Shown here in pieces: positions 10,347 through 24,500 of a stretch of DNA of 64,000 bases; positions within the stretch are counted from its first letter, which is position 1, and the number at the start of each line of letters is the position of its first letter. A program made the translations under genes and the position numbers. The DNA comes from Pavona decussata (lineage: Eukaryota), in assembly GCA_977016875.1 (NCBI GenBank), contig CDRNST010000148.1, positions 434,001 through 498,000 on the forward strand, written 5' to 3'. Below the pieces are notes generated by a model that saw nothing but the letters and a program-made list of their open reading frames with translations, searched no databases and was not told the origin of the DNA.

Positions 10347-10377
10347 AAAGAGTACACCTGGATGGATGAAACAAAGA

Positions 10378-10426
10378 AAATAAATAAATGAATAAATAAA
10401 TAAATAAATAATATTAAATAAATAAA
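10378..10426 (+). repeat. (TAAA)n microsatellite
   Basis: Direct observation. Confidence 0.85.
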
Positions 10427-10619
10427 TCAGTAATTATTTCTAGCCACTGTACATATGTAACCACTTGCCTGCATTAACTGTCAGTAAGAGGGATTTAATG
10501 TGCAAGCGATTTTTTTTTGTTAAATTTTAGAACAGCTAGTATTGTTCTTATTTCGTCAGGAGTATTGCAAGTATGTGATAACCAGCACTCACAAACCAGG
10601 GAATTCACATCTTCCCCTC

Positions 10620-11240
10620 AATCTTTCTTTATTTAGCAGAGTGACTCAGGCTTGTAAGCACAAGCTGATTATTTGGTGGATTTGGCCTTGTGATAACAGG
10701 CACCCGTTTGTCATTACTGTGACTCAGTTTTACTTGCTCGTGGTTGGGTTAGGCTATGCTGACGAGCTTCCATTGGCTGCTGGGTGACATCACACTTTCT
10801 CTTTTATCAAGTTGTGTTAGACTTGTGACAAAGAATATTCATTGGCTGTTGATTATCAATTTTCACTTTTTCTTTACCCACAGCTGCAGGTTTGGTTAGG
10901 CTTGTGATGATGAGCATTTATTGGCTGTTGGTTATCTTTACACTTTCCATCTCATAAACTTGACTTAGGCTTGTGAAAATCAATATTCATTGGCTGTCCA
11001 TTAATTATCATGAGTCACTTTCTCTTCCAACAAGTTGAGTAAGGTTTGTGGTGATCATGGAAGTTCAGTGTTTGCTTGTTGTGACCCTTTGTCTTTCATG
11101 TGGTTGAGGTGGGCTGCTTGTGATAATGGCAGTTCTTTGGTTGTCGCTTATTTCTCTCTTCAGTCCAGATGTGTGGCAGTAATCCTCAATATTGGCTTTT
11201 CTCTTTTCTTTTCTTTATCCAGGCTTTTGATCAGAGGAAA
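10620..11240 (+). repeat. Degenerate ~70-bp tandem repeat (minisatellite)
   Basis: Recurring AGGCTTGTGA...CATTGGCTG..TTATC..CACTTTCT; (C)ATTGGCTG recurs at ~10771, 10840, 10920, 10988. Confidence 0.7.
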
Positions 11241-12339
11241 ACCAATCCTGTTTCTTTCACTCTCCCCCTTCATGCCTTTTATTCCCCTTACAATGACTGT
11301 TTCACATGTCAAAGATATAATCTTGATTTGAACTACTAATCCGATTTTCAATGAAAGGTAAATTTTGTATGGGGTAATTATTCACATTTACTTGTTATCA
11401 AAATCAGATATCTTTCTAATATATTTAAAAGTTGAAGGTGTCCAAAACAATCCAATAAGTATGGAGATTTACTGTGTATAATTTGACCGAGATCTTGAGA
11501 CGTGATATGAGGAAAATAATTTAACCTTCATGATTTCTTCATGCTAAGGTATACTTTAGTTAGCGGCGAATTTATATCTGAGAAATCTTGGCCTATACAC
11601 ACAGCACTCTTGAAAACGGCTGTAATTGGAACTTGAAACTTTGAACACAGCATATGTTATGGCTGTAAATATTAATAGTATGATTAGTAGTTTTCACCAC
11701 TAACAAGCAAACAGGAGTGAATTACAGTGAAATTATCTGGATTTTGATTGAGGTAAAAAAATATTAAGGGAACCATTTATGTAAATGTTTGAACTTTTCA
11801 ATTGGCATTTTGGCACCTATGGAGAAAATAACATAAAAAGAAGAATAGAATCTAGAACTATTGCTCAAATAAATTTGTATTACAAGAAGGCCTTGGCCTC
11901 TTTTTACTTTCTCAACTGGCTAATTGGCCTATAATTCATTAATTAATTAAATTTGTTTTGGGCTGCTGGAAAGTATGAGAGATTGATTTTACTTGCTGGT
12001 GGCGGGGAAACTCTCTATGAACAGTGTGCTGGGAAATCAAAACTTAAAGGGGACAAATAAATTTAAGAAATACATAAACGGCTTTCATTGTAAATTTGAG
12101 TAGAATGGTGCAGTTTTACAAAATTGTATATTGAGTGCCTCTGTATTTTCTTGTATACTTTTCCCTCGATTTTTGATATTTTGTATAAATATTTTTGCCA
12201 TTGAAATGTTTTCGCCCACGCGATACAAACCAAACAGCCTTAACTCTTTCCTTCATTGATCTTTAAGTTTACTTCGTACCTCTTCTTTCCTGAGTACCAG
12301 AGACATCCCATCTTAAATTTATTAGCTTTTGCGGAAATG

Positions 12340-12469
12340 ATTTTTTTAAATGTATTTTTTGGGAGAGAAAAAACGGGATTCGGGATAGCGGTGAAAAAAG
12401 TGCGGGATTCGGGATTCTCGTGAAAAAGGGGCGGGAATGCGGGATCAGGACCCCCCCTTCCAGACCCTG
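12340..12469. mobile_element. Single terminus of a DNA-transposon-like repeat (GCGGGATTCGGGAT subterminal repeats)
   Basis: Tandem CGGGAT units ending CCCCCCCTTCCAGACCCTG; partner end not found in the window. Confidence 0.45.
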
Positions 12470-15400
12470 ACGTTAATATGGCCACGTGTGAATGTTATGT
12501 CTTAGATTACGTCGGCCTCCGACGGACAACTCGGCCGACGTACGCTTCACGAAACCGCGCCGAGTAACCTCATGTGCCCAAATCTCACGAGTCCTGGAGA
12601 AAAAAACCGATTGCGCACGCGCTGACAAGAACAAAAGAATGTCTTTCTCCTAACTCACTGATCATAAAAATCCGTCAAATCTACAAGCCCTATTCATCGT
12701 ATCAAACGAATGACGTTTGGTCGCATTGGCCTTAAACTGTCCCCTTTTTCAAGAAAGATATATTACTATAATTTATAAATCTACCAGAGTTCTATACTTT
12801 CATTAGTTAGTAAACCTAGCGGCTAATTATATCAAATTTTGCCCTCTTGTTCGCGGCATGATCCAAGACGTTTGGTGTAGCCTAAAATAACAAGCATATG
12901 CGACTGTTTTCTGAGGGGACTTCTATCGAGTTTGCAGTATCGAAAATTGTCAACAAAGAACCCACAATGTCACGCGCTGTTGCCTGTTTGCTTTTCATAA
13001 AACTTTATTAGCCAGTTTTGCGGCGGGATGAAAGGTATTACGAACAATAAGCAATTAAACATAAGGGCCTGAGGCTATCAAACCATGGCATATTGTAAAC
13101 ACCGCACAATGAGTTGCGCCAAATTGTTCTCAAAGGTCGTCGGGTCTCGATTGAGAGCCACAATTAATAGATCAAATTGATTAAAGGCAATTTATACCTA
13201 TTTATTACACTGTGAAACAATGGGGCTTGATTTAAGCAGCATTCATAGAAACCGCGGGTCATATTAGCTTATTTTAAGTCACTTATCCCTCAAGGGACAA
13301 GTCACTTAGTAGAGTAGCCGCTTTAGATAATTTGTTTTTAAATTAAAGCGTTTCCTGGCACATGGCCGTTTCATGTTCAAAACTAAGTTCATTTTGCCTT
13401 CACGGTACCGTGTACATGTATTACCGTGGTATTATAAGTGGTCATATTGTTGCATAACCCACTGAATCTTAGCTAGAGCGCGTAGCACTGAAAAGCGTAC
13501 CCGCACAATAAAAATATAATCATTTTAGAATTAATTATCTCCACACGAATTGAAAGGAACGTTTAGCCACAATGGCGAACACAGTTTGGGTCTGATGATT
13601 TAAGCTAATACCTCACCGGGTCTATTTACTTTTCCCTTAAAGAGTGTTATATAAATATGCTTCTTAGCCGAAAGCGTTTGAAGAAAGCTTGTAATAAGGT
13701 AGCTCGTGCATGGAAAACAAACCCAGATCACAAGGAAGAGAGTTTGAACGAGGGCGGCTCATATCATATCTCTTCAACAGCCCTTAAACGCTCTTTACAT
13801 ATAGCTTTCATCGTGATTTTGAAATTAGAAACCATAGGAAAATTAACAGCTGAATTAAGCAGATTTTGACGTTTATAATGATAATTGTCCTCTTTATTAG
13901 CACCAGAAAGAGAACAAGCACGTGTTTAGAGTGAGAACAATGTCATTCTTTGAGGAAGCAGATAAAGTTTGAAAGTCGACACTGACGAATTTGAGTGGTA
14001 TAGCAAAGTGAGAAAATTTACGAAAAGACGACTTGCTCCTGATAGTTTTTTCTACCTGCAAGGACTTGTTCTCTTAGGTGGCACATGGCACATGGTGAAA
14101 CCGGGCACAATCATCTACCTGTAGGTTGTTTAACAAGCACCTGCGAACCGTTAACAACCAGTGAAACGCACTGAAGCCGGCCACATGATTCATAGAAAGT
14201 GTGTACTTAAGGAATTTGGTGAATGCCTCATTTGATTACTGGTATAATAGCTCTGAATATGGGTGGAAATGCTATAAATTGCCCCCAGCCGGGTGGATAC
14301 AAAGCCACGTTGAAAATCAAGCGGGGAGTCTTTGTCAGCTTTCGGAAACAATCAAACTCGAGGACCGTGTGTTGGTAATACACAAGAAGTTAAGCGCCTA
14401 AATTATTCAAGCTTTTGTGTGTTTTCTCATTAACTGTATTTACTTAGGTATTCAAAGACGTATTTAATTAAACTGTTCGCCACGGCTAATACCTGGTCTC
14501 AATGATGACCGACTAAGGAATAAACAAACCACTTGAGAGACGCAAATAATGGCCGATTTCACCTTTAATGTTTGCCGACAAAGTAATGACTTCATCAAAC
14601 TAAAGAAAAAGTTTATCCGACGAAACATGATTCCACTCCATGGAAATCACAATCGTTTCAAGTACAGCTGTTTAAACAATGTTGAAATTTTAAAAGTTCA
14701 ACGACTGAGGAATTTTTAGAATTCCTATTGATGGCCATAGAAAAAGAGCTACAATACATTTTAGGATGCAAATATGTACGTTAAGACTAATTTGAGTTTG
14801 CCTTTCACTCTGTATAGTCTGCAGTCAATATACTCAGACATAAAGTACCTACTATAGTCTTCTATTTTTTTATATGTCGCTTACCAGGATAGCTGAAAAA
14901 TCATGAACTTTGTGGGTGTTTGACGTCGACGTAGATAATGAACAACGTTCTTAAACAAGTGTGTAGTAAAACACATGCATTCGTAATTACACGAAAATCT
15001 ATATCGTTGTCGGGTAACCACGAGGTATTTGTTTGCCTTATGACGCTGAGGTTGCTATCTCAAAGCGAAACAGGAAAACGTTAACTCTGTGACGATACAG
15101 ACTGCGGTGCTCAGGCTGAGTTAAACAAAGAACTATTTCCTTCTGGAAAACGAAACTTTTTCAGTTCCGAATACCCATGAAGGTTTGAATTTACAAATCA
15201 ATTTATAACATTGGTTTTACTTATTTAGCAGTGTGAGCTGTGCTTAGTTATTGAGCAGTTTGATTTGACTGGATGAATATCCAACATGGAACCATTGCCT
15301 TTAATTTAAAACCATGAAAGCTACTGAGCAGTACTGTCATTTGATATCGACGGCTCTCTCAAAGTTTCAGAACGAAATTTGGTATTCCTTTTTTTTTGTT

Positions 15401-16584
15401 TTGATCATAACCGCTTTCGGGAATCAGAAAGTGTGAAAGTAGCAATCATTTATATTGTATCTTTTTATCATTACAGTTACGTTACAGCATGCACGTGTAA
15501 TTTGTCGCCTATAGCCCGTAGAACTAAGATGCCAGGTGCCATGATTGAACACGCGACATGCCCCGGTTGTGTTTAGAGACAAGAAGGTCGCTCAGAGAAA
15601 AATAACTCTTCTTTCAATTAAGCTAAGAATTTTGTTTACAGCTAACTTCATATCGAATGATAAATCATAGTTGTCATTTAAGACAAAGGACTTGGTCATC
15701 TTCCCATCACCCGGGTATGCAAGCGGTAGCTGAGACGCTGTAGAAATTGTGGCGTCGGTTATGCGGGTGGTGAGCCGCCTCTTTCAGTAAATTTGTGCAT
15801 CACAATGCAGCACAGCTCTTCACAATCAGTCGAAAAGATGTTAACGTTCCCAAATGCTCCGCTTACATGTATAGTACTGAAGATGGATACAATTTAATTT
15901 AATTTATAAGCCAGCTTTTCTTGGTGGTTGTGTGGTTCCTTTCCTTGAACTCTTTGTTTTATCATACAGGCACACTGAAACTAACTGGGGGGTAGAATAA
16001 CTACCTGTCGGCTCCGTGCTTTCATTAATTCTTATCAAAGTAGCAAAGAAATGTGATGTGTACATTTACTGCTTGGCTCAGTTTGGACTTTCCACATCAG
16101 CCCCCAACTACCTTAAGCAGGATTTTTCTGTTATTACTGTTTCAATGTAGTGTGTTGTATGGTAAGCCCTGCCACCCGTGCGAGTTTTCTGAAAGTGTAA
16201 ATAAAGTAAACAGCTTCTTCCCAGCTATACAGCAAGGAATCGTAGTTTTTCTAAGTGGGATTAACAAGGGGGAAGTACATCTTCTTCATATCTCATTGTA
16301 TATGTAGTGGAATGTGTTTATTCTTTTTACATTTATACCAGGATTTCGTAAACTCCCTAACAGAGGCTCTAAAGCCAGTATAACTGAGTTTACTAACTAA
16401 TATCGAAAAACAGTTTATACGATACTATGGGGCACTAAGCTAGTTATATCTCGTTGGAGAGCAATAATTTATGTCAAGTCTAATGCTACACTCACGTCAC
16501 ATTATATTTTGGACATTTTACGCCCACTCCCAAAACGTAAGAAAACTAGTGCCTAGTGTGAAGATACTGATAGCATAGACGCTA

Positions 16585-16688
16585 AGCAGAACTTTCCTCA
16601 ATACTCTCATTATTCTGTACAAATTGTTTAGTTCTGAGTAGAACTTTCCTCCGTACTGTTTATTATTCTTTACAAATTGTTTAGTTCA
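16585..16688 (+). repeat. ~53-bp direct tandem duplication
   Basis: AGAACTTTCCTC..TACT....TTATTCT.TACAAATTGTTTAGTTC occurs twice. Confidence 0.65.
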
Positions 16689-19600
16689 AGCCTTTAGACA
16701 AGTATGTGCCACATGACTGAAATTCCTGAGTGCGAAAACCCTTGAAAATGCGTTGCTACTAAGTATGCTATTATTTGTTCGTAGCCCTCAAGTTTTCAAC
16801 ATTTTCAGAACTCAAATGGCGGAATCTTCTTCAATTTCGATTTTCATTCTTCTTAGAAGTAAAACACAACATGTTTGATATTGTCAGCAGTGAAGATGGA
16901 GGAGCTTATGCATGAAGTTTTGGAATGAGCCTTATTTTTGCCGTGAACAGCACTGTTGTTGATATGGGCCATCGCTAGTTAACAAATCAACAAATGATCA
17001 TTTCACTTTTCTTCGCAAATCACTCCTTCACGCTTTAAGATTTCCTGTGAATAGATATGATTGTCTCAGAATGACAATATTATGAGTTTCCTACTTCCTA
17101 GTGCACTAGGGTTTTCTCGTGTTTGAATGTGAATGGAAAGCAACGCATTTCACCATTAAGAAATCAGCCCATGTACTCTAAATGTCTAACCCTCGGCTTC
17201 TATCCGATAGAATTTGCAAACTGTAGGGACGAAACGAAGACGTCAAGACGATTCATTCTAAGGTTTCTAAGTGATCGATGAGTTATAAGATTTTTGTATT
17301 CCATACAGCAATAGCATTATACACTATACATAATTAGATACAAGATGTTCCCAACCTACCGGTATGTTTCGCTTTTGCATGTCTCGAAGGCAAACCATTT
17401 TTTCTGTACAGTCATTGTAAACACTGTTTTGATCCGTTACCTTTGAGAGTCGAACGGAGTCAATGCCTAACAGAAGGCCTCATCCATAAGTTAAAGCCAT
17501 TTCAGGTAGACACTACAGGTGCCTAAGAGAACTGAACTCACTCGACAGTCACTTGAGAATAATGCAGATCAGATAGCATCTTAATAAATTAATTATCCGA
17601 TCTTACTCGAAACTCGACATAACAATTTTCGTTTAGTTTCTTCCGTGACGAGACAAGTTCACCCCGGGCTAACTTCTTCCTGTATGTCCACTGAAATCTT
17701 TTGGTCACGTTTCCAACCCTCAACAAAGTTAAGCAAATGTTAACGCGGCGTAACAATAGTTTATCATCGCAGTTAGAAACGCTTGCTAAATGCCAACAGA
17801 AGCGAAATGAAGGCAACTTTTATTTTCTAATTAACAAATCATCGTGAAAATGTCCAAAATCTCCTCCTTTGGCGCCACAAGTTTACCGAAAGCGTGGACC
17901 GCAAATAGGGTTTCTCAGTGTGCTTCGGGCTTCAGATAACATCTTGCCGGTATTTGTTTCAATCCAACTTGTCTTTAGAAATCGGCTTTCCTTGTTTAGG
18001 CAACAACCACGTTATTAAATGAAAAAAAAGGGGGGGTGATGGGGATATAGCCACAAAGGTTTAAGACAGGAACGATAATTTACAAGCCAGTTAGCTTCAA
18101 GGCGTTAGGCCGGATGTTTATGAAGTGAGACTTATGAATCTTAACTTGTTTCGTAAAACTTGGTGCTATTAAAGTCGGGTTATCGTTCAGTTTCTAACGG
18201 TAAAACCAAAACTCTTCCTTTATAAACTATAAAATATAAATGATCCAAAATGTTATAATATTATTCTTTAAAGCACCTAATATTCACGGATTACTAACTA
18301 AAGTGTCATTTGACATATAATTTTCGAGGTTCACCTATTCAGTCATAAACTACAATGAACCCACATTCCGTGCTATGGAACAAAGAATCGTGCAGACAGA
18401 CGCACTGATTCCATGTGTTCTTGGCTTGAGCTCAGTCATCTTTCGAGGCCACAAAAAACCAAATCGAGAAATTTCATGATAATAAGATTGACGACGCTTA
18501 ACATTACATAACAAACACATACCCTAGAGCGCGTCTCGTTTGTTTCAACGCGGATATTTTACTTCAGGCAATGGTCAACAGCGCGGAGTTTCAAACATTA
18601 TTTCTATACCATCATGTAAATCCCGAACCTTCTCCGTTCTAAATTGAAGTCGTGAGTTGTAGCTTTAGGGTTACGGAAATTTAAACAGAATAATTAATGA
18701 CAATAATCGAAGACATGGCCACTTAAATCGATACCCATTCAACAATAAGTTTAATAAACTTGAGGAGATTAGGTTATCTAGAATTTTTATGAGGAGTGGG
18801 AGTCTTGTCAGATTAACGTGGATAAATAGATTGAAACGAACCTTACTGAATGGGTTTAACAGTCGTAAACAAATATTCCTATAAAACGCCTTCACAGAAC
18901 ATGTTTTGAAAACATCGAAATTAGGCAACGCTTAAAAGTCAAGGTCTTGCTTTGAAACGAAGGATATTTTGTGTAACTAGCAACCAGGTGTCCATACGAA
19001 GACCATGCTGTATAATGCGCGCCTTTCCGCTCGAAAACTGGATCAAACAAAGCCGACATCAGAAGTGGTAAAATTCAATATTTGTTGAGATTTAAATATC
19101 TTATTGTGGGAAGAAAACAAGAAAATTGCGGCAAATGATTTCCCTAGTTTGGTTAAATTGGGCCGTAATGGATCGACAAAGAAGGCGGAACTTTTCCGTA
19201 TTCAAAGAAAAATTTCTTACCAATTAGCAAAACAAATTTTCGGCAGGACGACAAAACACTGTTTCGCTCAAAGATAATTCTGGAACCCTAAGAATACCAT
19301 TTTAACTGCGTTTGCACGATACCAATGTAATGTGTTGTTGCAATGCTTCTCCCCAGAAATGCTGCCGTTGTATAGTATATATAATGATGTTACGATGTAC
19401 CAACGCAAAATTCTAATCAGACGTTGACCGAAACCTTTTCAATTTCGATTAACTTTCTTGGAAAGATATTTAATAGGACAAAAAATAGATCTATTTTGCT
19501 TTGTCTATCTTGGCAAGAAAATAAATCTGTTATCACATATACCGTTGCCTTTTAATTTCAGTTTTCATTCTTATTATAAATAAAACTTCACGAGGCTATC

Positions 19601-20172
19601 TATTGTACATTTAATTATACACAGTATATACAGTTCAGAAGTTCAAGAAGTATACCAATATTCTAATTTCTCCGTCATTTCAGCGTTTCCGATACGAAAC
19701 AAATAGCACGAGCCGTCCTTTGAAGAAAGAGCTATCCAGTGTTTGGAAATCAAAGGGCGCAAAAATCGCCTTTACTCCCAAGACTAAAATATTGACCCAA
19801 GTTCCACAGCAGACGCGATATGTTATTAAAGAAATGGTTGTAAATTACGGAGGAATCTCTAAAGATCCTGTGCTTTTGACAAACTGCATTAGGACCTCTT
19901 TGTTTGGTTGAGTTATTAAAATTATCTACCCAATAGCAAAAATCGTTTTCTTTCACTCTATCTAATCAGCGTGTATAATAAGTGGAGGCCAAAGACGGAA
20001 GCATGCCACATTAACCACAGTTGTGGGGAAACTATAATTTCGCTACAACAGTGCATGACTTCATATATAAATACATCTAATTTCTGCCGGTACAAAGTTC
20101 CTACTGGGCTTCGCTTCTCTGGGCTCACAAAAGGACAACTTTGTTGTCCCTCGGCCGCATCAGTCCATTCAC

Positions 20173-20772
<600 letters not shown>

Positions 20773-21202
20773 TTAATGAGCGGGTTAAATGATCGTGATT
20801 GAAGAGATACCGCTGCGCTGTCTTGTGAGAAAAGACATTATCAACAGTAAATTAGTTGGTTAAATGGTAGCAGTGTGTGTTAAACTAGAATACTGTAATT
20901 CAACTTAAACACATTTTATGGTGAATTAATTGCAAGTTTTTTAAAAACATTTAAGCTTAACCTGCTACTAATGCGATTTGACCAGGACTGAGAATAAATT
21001 CGCCAAACAGACACCTTTATGCTTCCTTTAATGTCTTTAATCGCTTTTGGTTATGTTCCATTGTAGAGACTATTAAATGAAATTCTCCCTTCAAAAATAG
21101 GAAAATGCTGCTTCCATAACCTAACAACGCGAATTTAAAGGTAAATGAAAGACAAGTATTGAGCAAAAGGCTGTCACAAGACCGGATCGGCGAGATTCTT
21201 AC

Positions 21203-21515
21203 CATTTGCCTTTTGTACCCGAGTCAGCCGCGTTGCCGCCATCCACGGATGCCACGAAGAAGCGCTTCTTGCATCCTCTTTACTAAAACTTTCACTGTCT
21301 GAGTCGCTTTCACTCGATCGTCGCTTGGGAGCGTTAAACTTATGTGGGTCCAAAATGTCTTTGACAGTAAAAGACGTCACTATGTGTCTTGCTTCTTGCA
21401 CGGACTCATCCTCAGCGGCAGAAAGTTCTTGGGTGTCCTCCGTATCGCTGCTGAGGCTGCCTCGACTCCTGTTATCAATGAGAGAGTTGATAGAAAACCG
21501 GTCACTGCCTTGCAT
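21203..21515 (-). CDS. NK1: NK1/Slouch homeobox protein, exon 1 (276 aa spliced)
   Basis: ATG at 21515; eh1-like FSINSLI and NK1-type TSFTVKDILDP; GTAAGA donor at 21202 (phase 1) joins exon 2 in frame (313+518=831 nt). Confidence 0.92.
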
Positions 21516-24500
21516 GTTGCTAGCTAGCGCTCAGCGTCTCTACAATGAACAGCGAGTTGCGGGACGCCGTTTCGCCGTAAATGCACACGGAGTTACGAAA
21601 CCTCGGGTTTCCCTATTGGGGGTGGATTAAGCCGGTGTCTATACTAGAGTAATGTGAGGCGGTACAATAGAAGTCACTGTCGGTCGACGAGCTTGTTTTG
21701 ATTGCTGTATGCACGCATAATTGTCATCCAAATTAATTGAATGATTTGACAACCTCAAGTGGCGATGAGTTGTGATAGCGATTAGCACCTAATGCTCACT
21801 TAGGAAAAAAACCCACTGGAGTAATTGTTCTGGTGAAAGATAAGACCTTTTTCTGTGCAAGCAGTTTTTGGTTATGATCGGATACGAGAGAAAAAAAATC
21901 ACGAGTAGAAAAGCATCCTAAAGCTTGGCGTAAGGAGGGGTCGGACGAACAAAAGCACACATTTTGAGAAAGCCTAACACTCATTGGTTCGAGTTCATTT
22001 GACTGACGCACGAAGCGAGACTACTGTGATCTTGCCGACAAAATGAGTCACCAAAGAAATCTTGTAGATTTCCGTGCCAATAAAATGCCCAACACTAAAT
22101 CCTGATCATGTGTAATATCCAAGATAATCATCAGCCCCAAATTTGTGATTTTTCTGCCGTTGGCTCGTAAAACCAAGACTTTTTCAAAAACGCCGAGTTT
22201 TCCCTAAAGGTAAACCATTGTGCGGACGAACGCCAAAATATTTTCTCTTGTTTATCATTACATACAAAATAGCCAGGTAGGGGTTAAATACTTTTCAGCC
22301 GTGTCGCGTTATAAATAGCCTGCTGATTGCAAAAGATAAACTGCACGGTGGGCTTGGTGTTTTCAAAGAAGTTTGATTGAGAAAAACACACTAACTCTAT
22401 AATTGTTATTCAATCAACATGTCGCCTTATGTAAAGTATCTTCTGGCAGGGTTTGTTTTGTTAACAAGTATGTTTTGTCGACTCGGTTAAATCTAATAAG
22501 TTCTGTGAAGAACTGTCTAAAGAAAAACACCAAAATAAACGTTCACAGAGAAAAGAATGAGTTTCTTCCTCGTCCAACTGTCCAGATCATTTCTTCATAT
22601 TGTTTCAAGAGAATGCGCCAAGCCGCTGTTTACTTACCGGCGCTTTTAACATAATTACTACGTATCAGAACCTTATCGGTGATATTTTCCCTGAAACAAT
22701 TGTCACGGGTTTTCCATTTGCCCAACGCCTTGGTTCGTGATAAGGCGGTAAACGTTTTACCAAGTTACCAACAATGCTAATAACCCGGGCAATTAAGAAC
22801 AATCTGCGAACCCCAGTGCAGATAATATCTCGAAAATTTCCTTCACTTACGCCACACTCCCTACAACAATCGTGTCAGTTTTCGATGTTTGACGTTAATG
22901 AGCTTGGCTGTGTCGGTGCCTGTGATTTAAACCGCACAAGAGTTCAATGGTTTTTAAACAATGGCGCATTATACAATTCAAATATTATGAATGTCTTGTA
23001 TAAATACCGCCATTGTGGTTTTCTAGAGGGCAACTTTAAGCCGCTTCGGAAATCTGGTCGAGTAGCTGACACGTAGATGTCGTTTAACGGCTTCCGCTTT
23101 GATAGTATGGCGGAGTAAATTGACCGTATTGTAAATAATTGTTGGCAATAAGGTAAACCATTTATAGATGCAGGACGATTTGAGAATTGGCCGGCTTTGT
23201 TAAGGTTTCTAATTTTGTTAATAATCCATGTGACTTGAAATCGGTTCAGTAGTTCGCATTGTCCTTTACAAAGGAGGCACTTGCGACGGAGTTATTATTC
23301 CAAGACAAGCACAGGAAATTAAATAATTAACATAGAAAGCTTCACAGCAAAGAACACTTTGCTCATGCTGGCCTCGAGGGAACTGAACATCGTTTCCTGA
23401 TTCAAGATGGATCACAGAATTTTCAAAAGTAAACTGAAATCGAAAGATTATAAATTGGTCTTGACTCTCATTAACTTTCAAACAAATGAAGGAAAAATGA
23501 AAACATGAAACATGCAAATAACCAATACATTGTTTGTTTAAGTCGTTGAAAGAACAAAAAAAATTCAGGCACAATTCATTGTCAAAATTACGAACCAGAA
23601 ACGAAGCCAAACATTGTCAGCTGGAAGTTGATTAAAGTAAACAAATTCGTGTGAAATAAGAAAAGAAAGAGGGATTGTTGGTTAATTCATCACACAGTAG
23701 CTGCAGGTTATAATGCGATCACTGTTGTTAAAACAAAAAAGGGGAGGTGAAGCGAGATAGCAACGATTTGGGTGTTCCTTCAACAACAAGTTTGGAATCT
23801 GGAGTTATTGATTGGACAGCTAAAGCAAAATACATCAATGGAAAAGTCTCAAAACAGTAATTATCCTTCCTTTTCAATGTAAACAAATACACTTAACAAA
23901 AAAAAGGTTTCTTTAGAGAGAGGATATCGGTTGTAAAGTACATACTAGTGTAGCTTTAATTAAGCTGTTTTCTGAAAAATGTTTTATTGTTCATGCACAC
24001 ATGTTTGCTTTGTTTCAAACATATGGATATTCATATGGTCAGAATTCTAAGGGCTGGCCCTTTGTAAGCTAAATCAACTGCTGATTCATAAGAAATTCAA
24101 AGATTTAATTCGCTCCTCATACGGAGCCATATAAATTCAATACTAAAAAAAGAGAAGAGTAACATTTAATTTATTTTTGAGAAACAAGCACTTCTTAGAA
24201 GTCTTCATTCAAATGGCCCAGCGTAACGTACTTCGCAGAAGACTCAACTATTTCTCGGAAAGATCTTCTGTGGGTTCGAGGTATTCAAGATTAACTGAAA
24301 TAACAAATGATTAATTTTTTCATATAACACCTCTTTTGAAAGTGCTACACCAGATAGAACTGGACATGTACGCTTGTACGATCATAACAGACAATCCTCT
24401 GCCAATGTCTGCATAATTTACTGAGTGCTAGACTTCTGGCACTCGTCATGTTGAATTAAAAATTTTAAAAACAGGAAATGTTACACAAATATAAAATCCT

